Shown in pieces: positions 1-13,009 of a DNA stretch of 64,000 bases. The translations under genes were made by a program, and so were the position numbers. The notes below the pieces were generated by a model. That model was not told where the DNA came from and made no database searches. It saw only the letters and a list, made by a program, of their open reading frames with translations. Numbering within the stretch: position 1 is the stretch's first letter; each line of letters starts with the position of its first letter. Source of the stretch: Eledone cirrhosa. Its lineage: Eukaryota. The DNA lies in the NCBI GenBank assembly GCA_964016885.1, contig OZ024741.1, positions 95,728,001 to 95,792,000 of the forward strand. The letters are read 5' to 3'.

Positions 1-450
1 GCCTCGGTGGTAGCGGGCGGGTGGTATATATTAGAAAGAGTTTGTGGAGACAGATGGTGGAGAAGCTGGAAATAAAAGCTAACATAAACTTCGTTTCTTC
101 AGCTATATATTCTATGGAATAAGTTCGCCTATTGCAGCCATTAAGTTAACATTCCTGACAAATCTCAACTAACACAAGAAAACAGGGGAACAGAAGAGAA
201 GACATAAAAACAATGAAACGTTATCTCTCTCTCTCTATATATATATATATATGTGTGTGTGTGGATATATATATATATGTGTGTGTATGTGTGCGCATAT
301 ATATGTGTGTTTGTGTGTATATATATATATAGATAGATATACATACACACATATATTATAAGTAAACTCACACACACATATATAAATAACATTATGTACA
401 TATAAAATAATAGTATAATTTCTTGTCCCGGCTTTGGTTTATAACGTATG

Positions 451-497
<47 letters not shown>

Positions 498-537
498 TAT
501 ATATTTTTATATATATATTTGTATATATATTTATATA

Positions 538-613
<76 letters not shown>

Positions 614-648
614 GTTTATATATATATATATATATATATATTTGTATT

Positions 649-682
<34 letters not shown>

Positions 683-1239
683 TGTATATATATATATTTC
701 GTCTATTCTTATACAGAGACTTATATGTAATATATATTTTTTTTGTTTTCGCTGTGGCTATTTTTCTTATCTGAGTTGTGTCGGACGTAAATAATATAAA
801 AAAATGAGGGTGGGGGAATATGTTGACGCTTGAGGTAGGGTAGGAGGACGCATTATGTTTGAGTTAGTGGGAGGAGATAGAGGTATTGTGAAAGGGGGCT
901 GGTTGTGGTGTTCACATGCGTCGGTGTGGGGGTAGGTACATCTTTATGGTTAATAATATCTGTGAATAGCTCCATATTAAAACCATAATCAATAAGTCCC
1001 ATACGTAAAACACACACACATACTCACATATACGCAAACAAATAAACACATACACACAGATGCACGCTCGCATGTGCTCATGTTAGCCGACACGTACAGA
1101 CAAGCTAGTGTATGAACGAAGACATGTGCACAGGCACATAAAACATACACACGTTCACACACGGCCACGTAGATGTGACCAAGTAGCCAGCCATACATAT
1201 ACTATACATATATACATATATACATATATACATATATAC

Positions 1240-1452
1240 ATATATACTTATGGACATATATACTTATGGACATATATACTTATAGACATATATACTTATG
1301 GACATATATATACTTATAGACATATATACTTATGGACATATATATACTTATAGACATATATACTTATGGACATATATACTTATACACATATATACATATA
1401 TACATATATTTATGGACATACATACTTATAGACATATATACTTATGGACATA
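1240..1452. repeat. Minisatellite, 16-20 bp unit TATACTTAT(G/A)GACATA
   Basis: About ten consecutive variants visible. Confidence 0.9.
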
Positions 1453-1499
1453 CATAGAGACAGAGGCACACGGATAGACACGCATACATAGATAGTCCC

Positions 1500-1530
<31 letters not shown>

Positions 1531-1606
1531 TGTATGTATGTATGTATGTATGTATGTATGTATGTATGTATGTATGTTTGTATGTATGTATACATACAAA
1601 CATATA

Positions 1607-2014
1607 CGGGAGAGATGACCCCTTAGCCTTTGTCAAGGCAGAATTCTAGGAGAAGGAAAACTCTGATATAACACCTGCAACCCTAATGGTATCCAATGAT
1701 GTTGACTTGTTCTTCTTTTTGGTAAATATCATCTTGGTTAAGAGAGTGGGACTGGCTTTGTGCAGTGCCTTTGCTCACTATAAAAGCTTCACGGCACAGG
1801 CATTGCTTTATATCTGGAGATCTCTCTGCACTTGTCATCACATGGTACCATGGGCCCAGCACTATGTGTCAATAATTGTCACAGGTGTAGTGTTTGTACC
1901 AGAGTTTTCAAGTCGCTGGCTGGACTAAAACGTCACTTGTTCAGCGCATCAGTAGGGGTTCTCCTACATGGTTATAAAGTAGTGGACGTACCCGAAAACG
2001 AGTTGGCAGCCACC
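1607..2014 (+). mobile_element. RTE-derived non-autonomous element, 5'-truncated copy
   Basis: Near-identical to 59690-60100; RTE-like 5'UTR motif GGAGAAGGAAAACTCTGAT joined to a C-terminal C2H2-like remnant (C..C.RVFKSLAGLKRH); (TATG)n on both sides. Confidence 0.7.
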
Positions 2015-2046
2015 ATATATGTATGTATGTATGTATACACCCCCGC

Positions 2047-2112
<66 letters not shown>

Positions 2113-2255
2113 TATATATCATCCCTATCGTCATTATAATTATCATTTAACGTCAGTTCTTCCTGCTAGGGTATATACACATACATATATACCCAAGACC
2201 CACAAGTGCACATATTCAACTGGACACGAATATGGGAACACTTATACAAATTGAA

Positions 2256-2294
<39 letters not shown>

Positions 2295-2341
2295 CACACA
2301 TTTACAGACATATATATATACACACACACACATATATATAT

Positions 2342-2414
<73 letters not shown>

Positions 2415-2641
2415 TATCTATACACATATATAACCGTATGCATACATACATTTATAGCCCAAACCTACCAAACAGAGAACATCTTAAACACACATACGCA
2501 CACATATAGACACATGTATATATTCCACACACACATGCACACACTGAATAACAGACATAAATATCTGGAGACTTACACCTTTGTACAATGTTAAATGCAA
2601 CGACAGAAACATATATGTTCGTATATACATCTATGCGCACG

Positions 2642-2713
<72 letters not shown>

Positions 2714-2827
2714 TATATATATATGTTTATCCCGGGTTCAATTGGGGGTAATCACATACACAGGAAGCTTCCTGATGATTTCTCCCGAATGAAACAGTTC
2801 AAGTCCTGTAGAACCCATTTCTATATT

Positions 2828-2881
2828 TCAAGCCGTTTCGACGGCTAATTCTGGACAGAATTAGCCGTCGAAACGGCTTGA
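2828..2881. repeat. Perfect palindrome, 26-bp arms, 2-nt loop
   Basis: TCAAGCCGTTTCGACGGCTAATTCTG-ga-CAGAATTAGCCGTCGAAACGGCTTGA; same family as 22089-22185. Confidence 0.95.
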
Positions 2882-2907
2882 GCTCAGCCGTCGGGGTCCT
2901 ACTCGTT

Positions 2908-2954
<47 letters not shown>

Positions 2955-3193
2955 ATATATTTGAGTTTATGTTGGTTGTATACCAACAGCTCAGTATGCA
3001 GGCTGGAGCACTCGACGAAGTGCGCAGGCTGGTTTGGTTACTCCGGAGTAGTGTAAAATAAAGTTAAATAAAAGTCATATGACTCCAGTTCCTCAGTGAA
3101 ATAACAACCCAACAAGGAACTGGGCATATCAGAGTATTGACAATATTATACACCTAAACAACATATGTACTTGTCTATACCATACTAATTCAA

Positions 3194-3248
3194 ACTGCCT
3201 GAAGAGGTCACAGCCAAAGATGGCTGTCACTGAAATATATATAGCAGT
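3194..3248 (+). ncRNA. Minimal type I hammerhead ribozyme motif (Penelope-type), family H1
   Basis: Stem I ACTGC/GCAGT; CTGAAGA; stem II GGTCACAGCCA-aaga-TGGCTGTCACT; GAA; palindromic stem III ATATATAT; cleavage triplet AUA. Confidence 0.8.
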
Positions 3249-3539
3249 AATAAACGAAGCTAAATTTTAATCATTTAACTTTTATTTAACTTTATTTTAT
3301 ATATATATGTATATATATATTAAAATGCAGTGGGAATAAGAAGAAGGCAAGAACGGAGGGGGGGGGGGGGAGGTTTCCTCATCAGTTGTCTACTGGGTGT
3401 CTCGGATATTTCTACGCTTTAAAGACAAGATATCTCACCCCAGGGCGTCAATAACTGGATAAGTTATTGGGAAAACGGAGGGGGGAGGGAAGGAAAGCAA
3501 AAGAGAAGAAAAGAGAAAACAGTGAAAAAACAGCGAAAA

Positions 3540-3582
<43 letters not shown>

Positions 3583-4434
3583 CTTGTCCATCTATCCATT
3601 CATATATCCATCCACTCATCGATCGATCTATCTACACATTTATATACACATACATATACTGTATTGAGTCCCCCCCCCACACCTCGAATTTTAATTATTT
3701 ATTGATTATTGATTATCTAACAAATATATTTTAAAATATTCAGTGCGGGTCTGTATTTCTATGTCCGACTGACAAGTAAAGCCATTATTGCTGCTTGTTT
3801 TAAATAGCTCACTTATAAGACAAGAAGCGATGATTTGGTAGAGTCGTTCGTTTCGGCTCTGCTCCCTGAGTTCAAATCCCATCAATATTAAGTTTCATCC
3901 TTTCGAGGTCGATAAAAAAGGTACCAGTCAAGTACGATAAATCTGTTTGTCTTTCTACCTAACACAAACCTCACACACGTCACTAATTCTCTACCTTGGG
4001 TAATAGAATGAACTCTAGAGATAATGAACACAACCACAAGGATATGATCCGAACGTGGAAGAGCCGAACTTCCACTGTCATCACCTCCATCTCTCTCGCC
4101 CTCCCCATTTCTCTGTATGGTACTGGGGGTAATCTTTTCCTGTATATCTCTTTATCATTTCCTTTCTGTCTCTTTCTTTCATTTACTGGAAGAAATCGGC
4201 TGTGTTCAGATTTTGAGAGGAGATGTGTTCCAGGTTAATAGCGCTCAAGAAACGCCGTATGACACTATGGCGTCGGACTACTTGGAGTATCTGAGGTGGT
4301 GGTGGTGGTGGGGAGACGCTTTAGAAATTTAGATTATATCCACATTACATAGGTGTACCAATACCTCTTACTTATTTCATAATCATCGCCATCTTGCCTT
4401 CTCCTTTTCCCAGCACCACCAGCATTACATCATC

Positions 4435-4445
4435 ATCATCACCAT

Positions 4446-4497
<52 letters not shown>

Positions 4498-4564
4498 GTT
4501 TCGTCCACTACTACTAACCACTATTACGTTTATAGTTCCTTTAAAATTCTTAGCACCAGCGCCG

Positions 4565-4622
<58 letters not shown>

Positions 4623-4808
4623 CACAACACCATCACCCCCCACCACAACCACCGCCATCACAACCACCACCACTAACACCACCAACATCACCACCACCAC
4701 CCGAAAACCAGCATCATCACCCCCCCACTACCACCACCAACACCATCACCACCACCATCATCACCACCACCACTACCCCCCCACACCACCATCACCACCA
4801 CCACCACC
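4435..4808. repeat. (CTA)n and (CAC)n trinucleotide tracts
   Basis: Directly visible. Confidence 0.92.
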
Positions 4809-5167
4809 AAGACAAATGGCCATTGAGAAACAAAGATGTGTGGTCAGCAAGAAAATGTTACTCCTTGTTTGTACGATGTCATACATATAAATCATTGCTG
4901 ACGTTGACTTCGGAAAGCTGAAAGACAAAAGTTGACCTCAGACAGGATTTGACTAGAATGATGTAAAACGTCAACTTCCCCCCCTCCCACTCCCACTCCA
5001 TTTGTTTAACTATAATTTATGTTTGAAGAAAAAAAGAAAACCAAAATCGAAAACCAAATACAAAATTTAGAGATGGGAGGGTCACATTTGGAACGCTTTT
5101 TACCGTACGTTTGTTCGATCAGAAAAATCAACCTATTTACATATTTGGTCACACGTAACTTGCAACA

Positions 5168-5290
<123 letters not shown>

Positions 5291-5559
5291 GCACACACAC
5301 ACACGCACACAGACACACGCACACATACACACACACATATATATAGGCCAATCAACTGAAGTGTCAGAGCTTCGCATGAAATGCTTTACAGTATTTGCTT
5401 TCTAAGTTCAAATAAAGCTGAGTCAACTTTGCCTTTCAATCTTTCAGAGCCTATAAATAAAATGCAAATCCCGTCGTTACTTACAAGTCACCAGGGAAAA
5501 GACTGGAAACCCACAAAGTACACCTCCTTAGCGAACTATTGCTAGCAATAGAACGGCCC

Positions 5560-5888
5560 ATGTTTCATGGCTTAGTGGTTAGAAGGTCGGGCTTACAAAC
5601 GTGAAGTGATGAGTTCAATTCCTGGACCATGTTTTGCGTTGTTTTCTTGAGCAAGATACTTTATTTCACGTTGCTCCAGTTCACTCAGCTGTGGAAATGA
5701 GTTATGACGTCACTGGTGCCAAGCTGTATCAGCCTTTGCCTTTCCCTTGGATAACATCAATGGTGTGGAAAAGGGAGCCTGGTATGCATGGGTGACTGTT
5801 GGTCTTCCACAAACAACCTTGCCCGGACTTGGAGGGGAACTTTCTAGGTCCAAATCCCATGGTCATTTGTGACCGAAGGGGGTCTTTC
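5560..5888 (+). mobile_element. tRNA-derived SINE
   Basis: A box TGGCTTAGTGG, B box GAGTTCAATTCC, central TTCTTGAGCAAGATACTTTATTTCACGTTGCTCCAG; partial minus-strand relatives at ~25497-25608 and ~23380-23485. Confidence 0.8.
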
Positions 5889-6183
5889 TCATGATATTAA
5901 TAGCAACACTTTTTACACACATATACCTCCACACTTTTCTTAACCCCCCCCACACACACAGACACACACACCCGCGCGCGCACACACACACACGCACATA
6001 AAATCTTCCTTTGTACAAATACATACGTGCGATTTGTCGTTTATACCACACGTACTGACACACAACACACACACACGTAAGTGCATTAATAGTAAAGTGA
6101 ACTCCTTTATCTGAAGAATATATAAGGTGAATTTCCTATTAATTGTTGCACACAGTTCATCCATTATTCTATTAATCAACTAG

Positions 6184-6240
<57 letters not shown>

Positions 6241-6243
<3 letters not shown>

Positions 6244-7506
6244 CCGCTTGACCGTCGTGCCTTGTCCAGCCAAAACGCTCGCCAAAATGGAGCGCGCGCT
6301 CTTCCGATTCCTTTGGAAGAGGCGGGCTCCTTTGGTGAGAAGATCCATCTGCTGCCAACACCCTTCTAACGGAGGGCTGGGGATGCCGTGGTTGACGATG
6401 CGCAAACACGCGCTCAGGCTGCGGCATCTCTACGTATTCCTCACCGGACAACCGGTGTGGGCCCCGTTCGTGAGGCGAGCCTTCCCACGACTCGTCTCGC
6501 TGACCGAGCTGCAGTCTTGGGTCAAGCAAAGACCGGGGAAAATGGGCGACTGGCACATCGAATGTGCTCAGGCGCTCACAGCCCTCTGGCAGGCGGACCC
6601 GGCGATCAGTGGAGACTCCACTTCGTCATTCTATAGAGGGTTGGTCCGCAGCAAGTGCGACGACGCGCTCGGTGAAACTCTAGGCGTAGAGGAAGATGAA
6701 CTGGCCAGTCTGTTCGGTAGGACCTTCCGCCCGGGACCGATGGACAACTTCCAACAGTCCCTGGCCTGGCAGTGCTACCGAGGAGCTCTACCAGTTCGAG
6801 ACAAGCTCTACAGACATGGGCGCCCGGGCAGGGACCCTGCAAAAAAGATCTGTCCGAGGTGCGTGCGAGACGAAGAAACCGTCGCGCACGCATTCATACA
6901 CTGCCCGGGCGTCACTGACCTGTGGGGCTATGTAGAACGACTATTGTCGCGGGTGGGACCAATCCAGTTGACCACCGAGTCCATTGTCATGATCAAACCG
7001 CCACCCTCCTTCAAAAACGAAGGAGAGGCGGTTTTCCTTTGTGTGATAGCTATGGCGAAAGAGGTTCTATGGTGGACAAGGTTGAAAGGGCTGAGGTCAG
7101 ACACCTTTCTCTCCGGCCAACAACTGATTCTTTATTTCAAATACCACTTTGGAAGAAGAATCAGGATGGAGAGAGAGGTGCTGTACCCCAGCAAGTTTTA
7201 TGAAAGGTGGGTGAAAGTGGCGAGAATGGCCCGAGTGAATGGGCCTTCTCTCTATATCAGCCTGTAGGTTGAGGAAAAGTAGGAGGAGAGGAAAGGAGTA
7301 CAAGCTCTTCGTACTCCTGGAGATGAGGGTTGCACATTTTTTTTCGGGGGTATGTGTTACCCATATAAACTGTCTCCCTCTATTGGGGAAAATCGACTAA
7401 CTTTTTAAATTCCATTTGTGATAACATTTTACACGTTTTTATTGTATGTAAACTTCCCCCTTTGTATTTGTCCCCTTCTTTTGTGCCCCTGTGGCTAATA
7501 AAGAAA
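6241..7506 (+). mobile_element. Tx1-clade non-LTR retrotransposon, 5'-truncated copy A (ORF2 C-terminus + 3'UTR)
   Basis: ORF 6248-7267 matches the C-terminal third of the 9578-13009 ORF2 (GGLGMP, CPRC...H...C zinc finger). It starts directly after (TATC)n at 6185-6243 and ends AATAAAGAAA followed by (TCTA)n. Confidence 0.93.
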
Positions 7507-7735
7507 TCTATCTATCTATCTATCTATCTATCTTGATAGAGTAAGACACGCTTCGCATCGGCTCCGCTATTCCATCGGGATTTACCCTTACTATTGTAAG
7601 TACCGGATAAATTTTTTAGTGCAACACATTTGGAACACTAACCCCTGTTATTTAGGAAAACATTTTTGCATTTACCCCCTTTTTAGGGGGTAAAATAAAT
7701 ATCTATTTTTGCCGAAAAATTTCTTTCTTGGCAGC

Positions 7736-9572
7736 ATGGCGGAAAAGATGGCAGACATGTCTGCCATTAGCTCTGCCACGCCCCCCAAGTCTGAAGAACA
7801 AAAAATAATTACAACAAAATTAGACATTGAAACAAACAAACAAAATGAAAAAACAAATGTTAAGGAAAATGAGCAAACAGAAAACAAACAAACAGAAAAT
7901 AATACAAATAACGACAGGGCAACTTTCGCCCAGAAAACAAAACAATCCATTACATACACACCAATTGACCTAACTGCCGCCAGAGAAAAACTGGCCGAAG
8001 CAAAGAAACACATTGTTTTGGGGGAGAACGGAATGTTTTCCATTAACTCCCCCCCAGAATTCAAGAAAGCCAGAGCAGAAAACACAGTTCTATACAGAAC
8101 TATACTGAACCAGACAAGAAAGCCAGCACAGCCCAGCCAAATGGAAATAGAGTTAGTCCTAAAAGACTATATGAAGAATATTCTCTTCATACGAAAGGAC
8201 CGACTCTATGGCAGCATTTCGGTCCTAACAAGAGACAAAGAAACGGCGGAGAAGCTTTCCCTAAGCCCACTCTCGTCGACAACATATAGCTTCTATCCCT
8301 CCTACATGGGTAGAAGAACACAGAGAGTAAAAGTAAAAACAATGCTGCCCACAATGGACTTCTGGTGGGCTATTGCTGGCTTCATTGATATGGGCGAAGA
8401 CACTATGCTGTCAATGGGGAAGGCAACTGGAGATGCGTTCCTGGGAATGGGCCTCGACATACTAGTCCAAATGAGGCCCGAAAGAATAGCACAAATCCCG
8501 GATCGCATCTGGCTGGATGACCTTACCCCAATAGACATAATTGTAGAGGGGAGAAGACCAGCATGCTATTTATGCATGGAAAGGGGACACGTTAAGGCTA
8601 ACTGCCCGAAACGTATCCCCCAAAAAGGACTATTGCCCACACCCACCACAAACAGTACACCAGCACCACCCACCTCCAAAAATACACTAATACCACACAC
8701 AGCAAACAAAATACAGACACCACCAACCACAAACACAACACAAACATCACCACCACCAGCACCAAACACAAGCACGACACAAAAATCACCACCACCAACC
8801 ACAACACAAACATCACCACCACCATCACCAACCACAAGCACGACACAAACATTACCACCACCACCACCACAAAACCCATTCCAAACAAATAATAAAAAAA
8901 ACAGTAACAAATCTACCCCTCCCGCAAAAAAAAAACAACCACACAACACGTCCCTCCCACCTAGCGCTGAAGAGTTTCCCCCAACTTCTGAAGAAGAAGG
9001 AGGAGAAGCCTTCAGACAAGTTAAAAGAAAAAAAAAGAAAACACACACCCAGCACACCACAAATAACCCACACACAAACACCAACTCCAATCAAAAACAC
9101 CCCACCCTCAACAAACAAAAATAAATCTGCGCCTCCCCTCTCCGAAACATTGACAGCATCACAAAAAAAGACGTTGCAATACACATATATAAATAAAGAA
9201 AACAAAAAACTGGTTAAATTAATAAACAATAACCCTATGGTGCAGACCGAAGGGCCAAACTTTATCTCAACAGAGAACTTCACCCATTTAAAAATGATAA
9301 AGGTCCCTCTGGACCTTTATCGTTCCTTAAAAGAACAATTTAGACGGGACGTGAGCCCCCCCTGTTTAAAACCGTTGAATCGCGTCCTCTTGAAAGATTT
9401 CCCCATAACCGCCCCTCTCTCTGACACAACTCCAAATACCCCAACCCCACCACACACGTGTACCCCCACACCACCACAAAACATCCCTCCACCCAACACA
9501 CCTGATGCCATGGAAATTACGCAACCCGGAGAGGTAAGTGCTTTTCTTTCTTCACTTTCAACACCAAAATAG
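7736..9572 (+). pseudogene. ORF1 (gag-like nucleic-acid-binding protein) of copy B, split by a +1 frameshift near 9030-9124
   Basis: ATG at 7736; CX2CX4HX4C knuckle CYLCMERGHVKANC; Pro/Thr-rich linker. The 9150-9572 frame (YTYINKENKKLVKLINNNPMVQTEG) aligns with the continuous C-terminus of copy F ORF1 (YTYINEKNRTLMETIRNNPLVKTEG). Confidence 0.85.
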
Positions 9573-12500
9573 ATCAATTGAGAGTTGGCTGTTTGAACGC
9601 GCGTGGCCTGGGCTCAGCTTGGAAGCAAGCAAAGCTTCTAAGTGACCTCAGGTCACAAAGTATAGATGTGATGGTTGTTTGCGAGAGTCGGATCAGCAGC
9701 GTGAGACAGCTGGCGCCCGCCTTCGATGACTTTGAGATGCACGCATCTCTCTGTCAACCCGGAGGCGGGGGGGGGGGAGTTGCCGTACTGCTGGATAAAC
9801 GTCTGACTCTCGACGTACAGATTGTTCACTCGGACCCGGGGGGTCGATTACTGGTGCTGGACGTCGGAGGCGGTGAAGGCGGGGCTTTCAGACTGGTCGG
9901 TCTTTATGCTCCCTTCGGGGCGGAAAGAGCCGACTTCTTCCAGCGTCTGGAGACTTTTCTAGGAACGTCGCGTTCCCTGCCTTTAGTGGGGGACTGGAAT
10001 GGAATCCTAGATGCGCGTTGGGACTATGCAGGGGCATGTCCCGATAGAGGGGGGTGTAGCAGCCTCAAGGGGTTACTCGATCGATTCGACCTGGTCGATA
10101 GATTTCGACTAGATTGTCCAACTGCGCCAACCTGGACCTGGGCAAACCGCAGTGGACAATCTAGATCGTACCTAGATAGGTTTTTGGTTAGGAGTAAGGA
10201 TAGGGACGTATTTAGTTGTCCAGAACTGATCATGGTTGGCTATTCAGATCACAAATTAGTGACCTGCGTGGTCAACCTTGATAGAACGCATAGACAGGGT
10301 CCCGGTTACTGGAAGATGAACTTGTCCTTACCGACAAAGAAAGATTACAGAAACCGGATTAGTAGCTTAGTTAAGATGCGGTTGACGGGAGCGATCGTCA
10401 ACAGTAGGTGGTGGATATCTCTAAAGAGAGAGATTAGAGTAAGTTCGATAGGTTACAGTAAGGAACTAGCGGCGAATAGAAATAGGAGGGAAAGGGAGTT
10501 AACAGATAAACTAGAAGAGGCGATTAGGAGCGGAGACGTAGCCAGAGTGTTAGCGACGAGAACGGCATTGAGCCAGTTCTTTGACGCGAAGCACGAAGGC
10601 TGCGTTGTCCGAAGTAAAATACGTGCTTTAGGAAACGAGGGGACCAAAGCTGTTAGCTGGGCCCGCGTGACAGAAGCCAAGAGTGGGATTAAATCCACCA
10701 TTCGGTCTTTGCGAGACCAGGATGGACGGGTGATCCTTGAACCTGAGCGAATGTGCGAGACCTTTCAAAGGCACTTTGCTCGACTGTTCGGAGGTGGCGG
10801 GGGGCCGGACGGGGATGTGGACTTCGGTCCATACCTCGACGGTCTACCGCGTCTTTCGAGCGGCGAAGCGGAGTGCTGCGAAAGGCCAATCACAGCCACT
10901 GAAATCGGGGAAGCGCTCAGCCAATGCAGCAGACGCAAATCCCCGGGTCTCGATGGTCTACCATACGAACTTTATTTAGCTATGCCGGTCTTGTTCTCCG
11001 AACTCCTCGAGGCTGTCTATTGCAACTGGCAACAGAACGGGAGAATTCCCTGTTCTGTGACCAAGGGCGTGGTCACGCTAGTGAGGAAGGACGAGAGCAA
11101 GGGGGACGACTTAAGTAACTTTAGGCCCATAACTCTGCTGAATGCAGAGTTACAGATTTTGGCCAAGGTATTGGCGAAGAGCTTGGCGCTTGTGGTGGGT
11201 GGTTTGGTGGGAGACGCGCAGACATGCGCTATCCCGTCCAGGTCCATTCACGACAACCTCCACCTCATGCGATACATCATAGAGAGGGTTGGCTACGAAC
11301 CCGGCTTTGGTGGGGCCCTGATCAACTTGGATCAATCTAAGGCGTTCGATAGGGTCGACCATGGTTACCTGGATGCGGTGCTAGCGGCGGCGGGCTTCGG
11401 ACCCGTTTTCAGGGGCTGGATTTCTGCCATGCACAGTGGCAACATCTACTCTAGGATTAAAGTAAACGGCTACCTCTCGGAGCCGTTTCAAATCACCCGA
11501 TCCATCAGACAGAGGTGCCCCCTCTCCCCCCTTCTGTACGTATTGACTCTCGAGCCACTGCTGCGGAAGTTGGAGTTGCTGCGGGGCATACCCCTGGAAC
11601 CGGGATTGCACAAAGCGGTCTCGGCCTATGACGAAGACGTAACAGTAATGGTGGCGGACGCCTCGGAAATCGGGGCGATCGCCACCCTACTGGAGGAATA
11701 CGAAAGGCTGACGGGGGCTAAGCTGAACCAGGACAAGTCAGTCGGTTTGCAACTCGGAACGTGGAGGGGCAAACCGATGCCGTTAGACGGTGTCGTCGGG
11801 CGGTGGACGGAGGGCCCGGTGAAGCTGCTCGGGGTCTGGTTCGGACCGGACCTCCAGGTGGAGAAGAATTGGGGCGAGGTGACGAGCAGGGTGTTTGCGC
11901 TGACCCAGAAGTGGGCCAAGTGCAAACTATCACTGAAAGGTCGGGCGGAGGTGACGAACGCTTACATAGCGTCCGTCATCTACTACCGCCTGACCGTCGT
12001 GCCTTGCCCCAAGGAAAAGCTCACCATCATGGAACGCATGCTCTTCCAGTTCCTCTGGAAGAAGCGACCTCCCATGGTGAGGAGATCCATCTGCTGCCAG
12101 CACCCTTCGAAAGGAGGGCTGGGTATGCCGTGGCTGTTGATGCGTAGGCACGCATTGAGGCTACGGCATCTACAGGTATTCCTCAACGGTCAGCCGGTGT
12201 GGGCCCCGTTTGTGAGGCGAGCCTTCCCACAGCTCGTCTCGCTCACCGAACTGCAATCCTGGGTGAAGCAAAGACCGAGAAAACTGGGCAACTGGCACAC
12301 TGAGTGTGCCCAGGCGCTCACGGCTATCTGGCAAGCGGACCCGACTGTCAGTGGAGAATCCACCTCGACATTCTATAGAGGGTTGGTGGCTAGCAGGGGC
12401 GACGACACCCTTGGAGAGTCGCTAGGCATGGAGGAGGACGAACTGGCCAGCCTGTTCGGTAGAACTTTCGGCCCGGGACCCATGGACAACTTCCAGAGGT

Positions 12501-13009
12501 CCCTAGCCTGGCAGTGTTACCGGGGGGCTCTGCCCGTTCGAGAAAAGCTCTACAGACACGGGCGCCCGGGCAGGGATCCCGCGAAAAAGATCTGTCCCAG
12601 ATGCGTGCGCGACGAGGAAACCGTTGCGCATGCACTGGTACACTGCCCGGGCGTTGCCGATCTGTGGGGCTACGTCGAACGACTGTTGTCGCGTGTGGCG
12701 CTGATTCGATTAACCGCCGAGTCTGTGGTGAACATCAAGCCGCCTCCTCCCTTCAGAAATGAAGCAGAGGCGGTCTTTCTGTGCGTAATAGCCATGATGA
12801 AAGAGGTTGTGTGGTGGACGCGCCTGAAAGGTCTGAGGTCGGGTGACTTTCTCTCCGGCCATCACCTGGTTTACTTCTTCCGATACCACTTCGGAAGAAG
12901 AATCAGGATGGAGAGAGAAGTGCTTGGTCCCAGACAGTTTTATGAAAGGTGGGTGAAAGAAGCGAGAATGGCCCGTGTAAATGGGCCTTCTCTCTACATT
13001 GTTCTGTAG
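9569..13009 (+). CDS. ORF2 of copy B: APE endonuclease + reverse transcriptase + C-terminal CCHC finger (open frame, RT motifs mutated)
   Basis: APE motifs LNARGL, VCESR, GDWN, YLDRF, SDHK; RT motifs KSPGLDGLP, NFRPITLLN, LDQSKAFDRV. QGCPLS reads QRCPLS and YADD reads YDED. The start codon appears to be ATA (9569) where copy F has ATG. Confidence 0.92.
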   Translation: MDQLRVGCLNARGLGSAWKQAKLLSDLRSQSIDVMVVCESRISSVRQLAPAFDDFEMHASLCQPGGGGGGVAVLLDKRLTLDVQIVHSDPGGRLLVLDVGGGEGGAFRLVGLYAPFGAERADFFQRLETFLGTSRSLPLVGDWNGILDARWDYAGACPDRGGCSSLKGLLDRFDLVDRFRLDCPTAPTWTWANRSGQSRSYLDRFLVRSKDRDVFSCPELIMVGYSDHKLVTCVVNLDRTHRQGPGYWKMNLSLPTKKDYRNRISSLVKMRLTGAIVNSRWWISLKREIRVSSIGYSKELAANRNRRERELTDKLEEAIRSGDVARVLATRTALSQFFDAKHEGCVVRSKIRALGNEGTKAVSWARVTEAKSGIKSTIRSLRDQDGRVILEPERMCETFQRHFARLFGGGGGPDGDVDFGPYLDGLPRLSSGEAECCERPITATEIGEALSQCSRRKSPGLDGLPYELYLAMPVLFSELLEAVYCNWQQNGRIPCSVTKGVVTLVRKDESKGDDLSNFRPITLLNAELQILAKVLAKSLALVVGGLVGDAQTCAIPSRSIHDNLHLMRYIIERVGYEPGFGGALINLDQSKAFDRVDHGYLDAVLAAAGFGPVFRGWISAMHSGNIYSRIKVNGYLSEPFQITRSIRQRCPLSPLLYVLTLEPLLRKLELLRGIPLEPGLHKAVSAYDEDVTVMVADASEIGAIATLLEEYERLTGAKLNQDKSVGLQLGTWRGKPMPLDGVVGRWTEGPVKLLGVWFGPDLQVEKNWGEVTSRVFALTQKWAKCKLSLKGRAEVTNAYIASVIYYRLTVVPCPKEKLTIMERMLFQFLWKKRPPMVRRSICCQHPSKGGLGMPWLLMRRHALRLRHLQVFLNGQPVWAPFVRRAFPQLVSLTELQSWVKQRPRKLGNWHTECAQALTAIWQADPTVSGESTSTFYRGLVASRGDDTLGESLGMEEDELASLFGRTFGPGPMDNFQRSLAWQCYRGALPVREKLYRHGRPGRDPAKKICPRCVRDEETVAHALVHCPGVADLWGYVERLLSRVALIRLTAESVVNIKPPPPFRNEAEAVFLCVIAMMKEVVWWTRLKGLRSGDFLSGHHLVYFFRYHFGRRIRMEREVLGPRQFYERWVKEARMARVNGPSLYIVL

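Noticed and set aside
7470-7506. GGCTAA near the Tx1 3' end resembling an HDV ribozyme J4/2 strand
   Set aside because: Could not build P1/P3/P1.1; other copies read GGCAAA; a simple terminal hairpin explains it.
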